Under the pieces are notes generated by a model. The model was not told the origin of the DNA and searched no databases. It saw only the letters and a list, made by a program, of their open reading frames with translations. Of a stretch of 64,000 nucleotides of DNA, positions 58,483-64,000 are shown in pieces. The first letter of the stretch is position 1, and the number at the start of each line of letters is the position of its first letter. The position numbers and the translations under genes are program-made. The stretch comes from Eutreptiella sp. 'Long Island Sound 2002' (lineage: Eukaryota > Protista > Euglenida), in NCBI GenBank assembly GCA_964036045.1, contig OZ038378.1, positions 17,856,001 through 17,920,000 of the forward strand, given 5' to 3'.

Positions 58483-59349
58483 ATGTTGGATGAGTTAGAT
58501 GAGGGCAGTGTTGGTTTGAGTCGAGAACAGTCTTCAAGTTAGGAGGGACTGTTGTTCTCCGATAGTGACGAGGTGGCAGAGTCCGAGGACGAAGGTATGA
58601 CAACCAAAAAGGTTTGTGGTGAAGAAGAAGACGTTGACATTTCTCCTCAAGAGGATCGGGTAGATGTCACCAAAGAGTTAAATCGTAGTGGCCGCCCGGT
58701 GCGGGCCGCTTCGCTTGGTGTTGGTCAATACTTACTTGCGGCAAGGGCGGCCGCGGCATCTCGCGCTTGCGTTGAGGCAGGTCCAAGAGGTGCCCGGACC
58801 GATCGTCAAAGGCGGGCCCTAAGCCAAACTGCAATGCGAAGGGCAATGACGGATGTTCAGCCTTACGATCGTAATGAGGCTGTTCCGCAATCTGCCACGC
58901 AACCCGCTCCTCTCACTTCTGCCTCTTTGCTGCTTCGCAAGTACGTTGTAGATTTTGAGAAACTGCCATTACGATTTCTGCAATGCAAGGATCGCAACAT
59001 GTCATCTCTAGATCGTGCGGTTGCACGGGTGTTGACCGGGGAAATCACGATTGAGCAGGTAAATCGTCATCATGTTAGCAAATCTTCGGTTAAGAAACGT
59101 ATGACTAGGTTGAAAAACGGGTTGGCCACACCCGGTCGGAAACCAACGTTGCCTCGTAGCGTAGAGGAGGCAATAGTCACCTACGTGGATGACCACACCA
59201 ACGCTGGTATGGCCCGATACCGAGATGAGGTCTGGGACAAAGCTGAGCAATTAGCTCGGGAGGCTAAAGTGAAATTCACCGCTTCTTGGTCTTGGTGGCG
59301 TCGCTTTAGGCGTCGGTTCCCCACGGTTGTGCCGCGCGGGGGTGGGTGA
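58483..59349 (+). mobile_element. pogo/Tigger (CENP-B-type) transposase remnant: acidic N-terminus plus tandem HTH DNA-binding domains; no DDE domain seen
   Basis: 58999-59340 encodes LDRAVARVLTGEITIEQV..VSKSSVKKRM (psq/CENP-B N-like HTH), then GRKPTLPRSVEEAIVTYV..EVWDKAEQLA..FTASWSWWRRFRRRFP (Tc5/CENP-B HTH). One in-frame TAG at 58540-58542 separates ATG 58483 from the main ORF. Confidence 0.75.
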
Positions 59350-60937
59350 AAAAGGGGGTGGGATGCCATGGACACCGTTGGAGAGGACAGAGAACCCAAG
59401 TGAGAGCGGGGGCAATGCCCCATACACCAAAGGTATACCCACCCCCCCATAGTGTAGCAGAGCCCAATTATGGCAGAACGCAGATTTCAGATGAATTTGC
59501 GTGCTAGCCATGTAGGTCGGGCTAGATAACACCATTTGACACGAACTATGCATGTTTTGAGTAGCGTGGATCGTCCTCTACGCGATGAGCAACTTTGTTT
59601 TTGCGTGGTGTGCCGTTTACCCCTCTCCCGAAGCGCGACCGTGATCCAACCAAAACAGAAAACTCAGAAATTCAGCTTCTGGGCAGCAAAGACCTCGGCA
59701 AGATGGCTTCCCTCCGATGGGTAAATCGGCTCGATATAGGGTAACGAACGCATTTCTAAGTAGCGTGGGTCAAGACGCATGCGTGCATATCTTTAGATTT
59801 TGCCAACTCACCGGTGACGTCACGCACCAAGCGCGACCGTGACGCGCGCACATCTGGGGACGTCATTTGGCCAGCTTTTGATAAACGGCAAGTTACCCTA
59901 GCCATTGCTCCGCTGCTTCGCACGCCTCCGCGACAAGAATGCTGCAGATTTTGTTGCCCCTTTTTGTGTCCATGGTGAAAACTTGGAGAAAAGTAGGAGC
60001 AGTTCTGGAAATGGCATCAACGTGACACCTTTAAACGGCACCGTTGCCTCTCACAAAAGCACGAATCAGGGGCTTGCCAACTTTGGAGCGTACATCCACG
60101 AGGGCACTCGTTTCAAGTCTGCACCAACACCGGGCCGAAATGGCTCATGTGGCGAGATTTTGCACCTGCAAGTGATCCCACTAGTTTGCAGTAGCCCGCT
60201 CTTGCCTTGCAGGCTATCGTCAAGGTGCCCACTCCAACCGCTTTGCTCCATTCGGCGGATGAGGTCCTCTTGAGCGATTGGTACTTCATGTGGCACAGGT
60301 GGCATGATGACAGTACAGCTAGGGGCACAAGAGGCCGGGTTGCTTGGTCCCTCAATGCCCGATCCCTAGGAGTTTGGGCGTGTGGTGCTTGTACAATGGG
60401 GTGCCTTACACTAGCGTTTGAATTGTGGGACTCCACAATTATGTTGCCATTTTCCAGTGGATGTGAATGGTGCTTAGGGACAAGGAATGTGCATCCACTC
60501 TCAACCTACTACCAGGTGGGAATTTGTGTTGTGGCCAAATGGCAAAATATTTTAAACCGCACCAATGAGATGGGGCTGATGCAAGCCACTGCCAAACCAA
60601 GTTCCAAAAAACAGATACACTCAGCCCCCCCATGCAAGAACCCATTCCCACACCACTAGTGATCCCTTATTCCGGGAGAGATCAGGGGTGCAGGGGAGGA
60701 TTCCATAGGATTCTGCAGCTAAAGTGCACCAATTTCTTGAAGCCGACCCATGAAAATGTTCCTTGCTATGTATCTTTGCGACTCCTCGTGATAATTCGGT
60801 GTTCCAGCGGTCCGATTTCCATTTTACTTCATGTCCGGGCGGGGATGCGGTGGAGATAAAAAGCAAACACGCCGCTGATAGCAAAAGTAGCACTATGCTA
60901 GTTGAGGCCAAGGCCGCGGCATGCTATCTGAGGATAC

Positions 60938-61880
60938 TCTCCACAACATTGGATGTGGCACGTGCAATCCAGGGCCGGGGAGTTGTTGGGGGGCCTTTGG
61001 GTTCTTTTGGGGGTGCTTTGGGGGATCTTTCACACTGCTCTCTGTTCGTGTAGCGGGGCCCTTGAACTGGGTCTTCGCAGGGGTCCATCGGGGTTCTATA
61101 GCATGCAATGAAAACAGCGGCTATGCTCGGAGAGGAGCGACACAAGAGGCGACAAAAAACCATTCGAGAGGAATGCGACCCAGCTAGTAGAGGAGCGCAG
61201 TAGTAGTATACCTGAGCATGTGACCAATCTTGGCACTCGCTTTGCCCCCCTTGGCCCCTTGACAACCTCCTGCAAGACGCACGGCAATCAGGCATTCAAT
61301 ACTACACAACCAATGGTATTTTGTGGGTCCAAACATAGTGATATAGTGATACAACAGGGGCTGTAATGTAAAGATTGATCAACAACAATTTGGATGAACT
61401 CGTGTGAAAATACCAGTCCATTCGTTAACTCAGCGTCTGTCTCCAAGTAGGCATTTCACCACGCACTGTTTTCGGCTGCCGCGTCAGTGGCTGTCATTCT
61501 GCCTGAGGCAGTGAAATCCGGTCCTGACACAGTTCCACACAAAACAGGTCCTGATGGTTCTCATGATAGTACCAGGAATGGTCCTATCAATAATTTGACA
61601 TGGCTAGAGTCCTGGCATTGATGGTCATAATTTCATGGTTCTTGTCGCCTCGGTTGTGGTCCCACTAATGGTCGTGCTTTGCACAGCCTTCCCCTAAGCC
61701 TCTCCAAGATCCAGTGCTGCTCATGGAAAGTTGCTGGTGGTGTGCCAATGCGACGTCAGAGCTAACGGTCGAAGTAATGGCCTTGGTTGCCGGCCCCGAA
61801 TGGTCCATGTAATGGTCGCGGTCACGAAGTCCCGTGAGCCGCTCCTCCTCGATGTTGAGTAAGGCCCGTGAGAGGAACAT
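60938..61880 (-). CDS. Possible unidentified spliced gene divergent from the acetylesterase gene (exons 61767-61880, 61212-61269, 60938-61095)
   Basis: ATG 61880 (MFLSRALLNIEEERL..) lies 171 bp from the acetylesterase ATG. A phase-consistent GT-AG chain gives ..TST/EVVKGPRGAKRVPRLVTCS/EPRWTPAKTQFKG..MLWR. No recognised domain. Confidence 0.3.
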
Positions 61881-62051
61881 TGTGTGTTATGTCGTTCGAA
61901 AACTCAACACCCTCCTCTTGGTTGGGTGAGCACAATACCAACAGCAGGGGATTTGGCTTGCGCACCATGTCAAGCTGCACTACCACGTGTCTTTGTACCA
62001 GATAAGTGTGCATGTGTCCTCATCTTTAACGGAGTTTGTTTCAGCACCCAC

Positions 62052-63227
62052 ATGGCCTTCTCCCGGAGGGTACTGTGTGGGTGCTGCACAGCGCTCATGG
62101 CCTTGGTCGTGGCGGTAGTGCTGTCCATCCCGACTGCCCCCCATAGCGCCACAAGGCCTTGGCCGGAGGACCCTGACTATATTGCGGAAGAGCCCCAGCC
62201 GAAGGCAGAGCGGCGCAGTGCGTTGAGGGCGCAAGGGTGCAGTACTCCATCGGCAGGAGACACGGGGGTGGCGAGTGGACCAAGGGCAAAGGTTTCCGAT
62301 GCGGAGCTGCAACGCCGCTACGGTGGTGGCAAATGGCACATCTACCGACTGCCGGCCGACAGTGGTGCGGTATGCCTGGACGGAAGTCCAGGCGCATTTT
62401 ACGTGCACTTGGCACCGAATTCCAGTGGTTGGCTGATTTTTTTTGAGGGCGGGGGTTGGTGCCACCACCAGGGCCCTTGCGGCAACCGTCGACCCGGCGC
62501 CAAACTTAGCGGCTTGGGCACAAGCAAAGACATGACGGCAACGGCCGCGCTTCCACAGGCCAAGGGCATCCTGAACCGGCAGACGTCGCCCTTCAGGCAC
62601 TACAACATGGTCTTCTGGAAGTATTGCGATGCGAGCTCGTACACAGGCCACAACACCATCCCGGTCTCCATTGGGGGCTACGCGTTTCGTTTTCAAGGGA
62701 GCCGGATCCTGCAGACGGGAATCGAGCATCTGAGGTGCGTATTTGGGCTGGACCGGGCCTCAGACGTGCTGCTGGTGGGGCACTCGGCTGGCGGCATGGG
62801 GGTGATGCTGAACTTGCATCACTGGCGGCAAGCGATCCCACAATCCATCCCTGTGTATGCAGTGATGGACGGTGGTTTCTTCCTTGATATCCAATCGTAT
62901 GAGGAAGGTCGGGAGGAGTCCCGGAGGTACGCTGCAGGGCTGCGCTACTGGAACGCCACGGCTGTGCTAGACCCGAAATGCATGCGGCACTACGAGCCGC
63001 TGGGGGCTCCGTGGAAGTGTCTGCTGCCACACTATTACTTGCCGTTTGTGCCTCCGGAGGTCCCACTCTTTGTGTCGCAGAGCAAATATGATATTCATGC
63101 GCTGAAGGTAGTCATTGGCTGGGTCAAGGGAGGCAGATTGCAGAGGGAGATGGGCTTTCAAATGATTAGGGGGCACATACTGAGGGGGAGAGAGAGGCCA
63201 GCAGGCGGTCGGTGCGCTGTTGGGTAA
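62052..63227 (+). CDS. Pectin acetylesterase / Notum-like alpha/beta hydrolase with N-terminal signal anchor; may continue after an intron starting at 63108
   Basis: ATG at 62052 preceded by tttgtttcAG (62043-62044). Hydrophobic N-terminus TALMALVVAVVLSI. Family motifs AVCLDGSPGAFY, WLIFFEGGGWC, YNMVFWKYCDASSYTG, nucleophile elbow LLVGHSAGG (62778-62792), DGGFFLD, WKC..PLFVSQSKYD. Similarity fades after HALK, where there is a donor aag|gtagtc at 63107/63108. Confidence 0.85.
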   Translation: MAFSRRVLCGCCTALMALVVAVVLSIPTAPHSATRPWPEDPDYIAEEPQPKAERRSALRAQGCSTPSAGDTGVASGPRAKVSDAELQRRYGGGKWHIYRLPADSGAVCLDGSPGAFYVHLAPNSSGWLIFFEGGGWCHHQGPCGNRRPGAKLSGLGTSKDMTATAALPQAKGILNRQTSPFRHYNMVFWKYCDASSYTGHNTIPVSIGGYAFRFQGSRILQTGIEHLRCVFGLDRASDVLLVGHSAGGMGVMLNLHHWRQAIPQSIPVYAVMDGGFFLDIQSYEEGREESRRYAAGLRYWNATAVLDPKCMRHYEPLGAPWKCLLPHYYLPFVPPEVPLFVSQSKYDIHALKVVIGWVKGGRLQREMGFQMIRGHILRGRERPAGGRCAVG

Positions 63228-64000
63228 GATGTTTGACACTGCTGCGCTGGGGGACCTAAGGGGACGAATGAGGCTGATGTGCTGCAGGCGAGTGACCGTA
63301 AAGACCCCGTAGCATACTCTGGGGGTCAAGTGAAGACGACCCATGGTGGCGCCTTGGGTGGGTTGTTGAGACACTGCAGGTGGCCTTCGCACAAATCGCT
63401 GGTGCCAATGGGCAGCATGTCTACTCCAGCAAACGCTGCTCAGTTGCTACCAACAGCCCATCAGTCACCTGAGCTCCTGATCCCTGGAGGTTCTGCCCAA
63501 GGTGAGGGCACAGGAGCAAGGGTCTGGACCTGCCTGGATCGCATTGGGGCCTGGCCTGGTGGGTTCCCTCAACCCCCCCCCCCCCCGCCCCCCCACACCT
63601 GATTTCGCGAGTTTGGGGCGGCATTTGCCAAGTCTCAAAATGCATTTTGGGTGTGGAGAGCCGAAGGCTGGTCCCTGAAAGGGCCATTTTTTTGGTGTGG
63701 CACTGCTACATCTGTTTGTTCTCCCGCACCAGTAGGGTAGGGTAGAGGGCAGGCCATTGCTTAGTGGCAAAAAATCCCATCCCCCGGGGGGAAGGGTGTG
63801 GTGGGTCAAAGGCCAAAACAACGTCTGTGTACCTAAAATCGGAGAATCAGGAAATTTTTCTGATGGGTGAGGGGGTCGGTCGGCTGGGGTTGGCTAGGGC
63901 CCCAGATGACCCCCCACCTCCTGGGGTCCTTAAACAATGGCCTCGTTGAGGGACATGGGGGCTCAGGGAACACAAGCAGCGGTCAACGCATGAAGTCATG

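Noticed and set aside
59737-59900. TA-flanked 160-bp element with GGGTAAC/GTTACCC termini
   Set aside because: Only a 7-bp TIR plus TA; could arise by chance.
60763-61053. DAVEIKSK / LVEAK resembling a PD-(D/E)xK nuclease
   Set aside because: Short motif only, in a 96-aa ORF overlapping a more plausible opposite-strand exon.
60621-61295. Stop-codon reassignment suggested by in-frame TAGs joining ORFs (58540, 60924, 61665)
   Set aside because: sat and clpB translate cleanly in the standard code; the joined peptides show no recognisable continuous homology; decay or chance is sufficient.

Overview
Eukaryotic, repeat-rich nuclear DNA, most likely from a photosynthetic euglenid (Eutreptiella/Euglena-like). 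This is inferred from a bipartite plastid presequence, non-GTRAG splice donors and AG acceptors just upstream of start codons. Two genes were fully reconstructed by hand with frame-consistent GT-AG introns: an 8-exon ATP sulfurylase (sat, + strand, 10911-14388, 401 aa) and a 21-exon plastid-targeted ClpB chaperone (- strand, 23154-56941, 995 aa). Also present are a pectin-acetylesterase/Notum-like hydrolase with a >1 kb uninterrupted exon (62052-), a diverged TANGO2/NRDE-like gene head-to-head with sat, a pogo/CENP-B-type HTH transposase remnant, and two weak unknown exon chains. The rest is transposon debris: MITEs (one hAT-type with a perfect 8-bp TSD), a ~2.1 kb foldback element, 234-bp and 103-bp satellites, and very long (CA)/(TG) arrays. 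The most unusual pattern is a family of degenerate LINE-like fragments ending in microsatellite tails ((CCT)n, (CAA)n, (TG)n) and stacked head-to-tail at the long (TG)n arrays. No rRNA, tRNA or CRISPR was seen. Most long ORFs in the supplied track are repeat artefacts.
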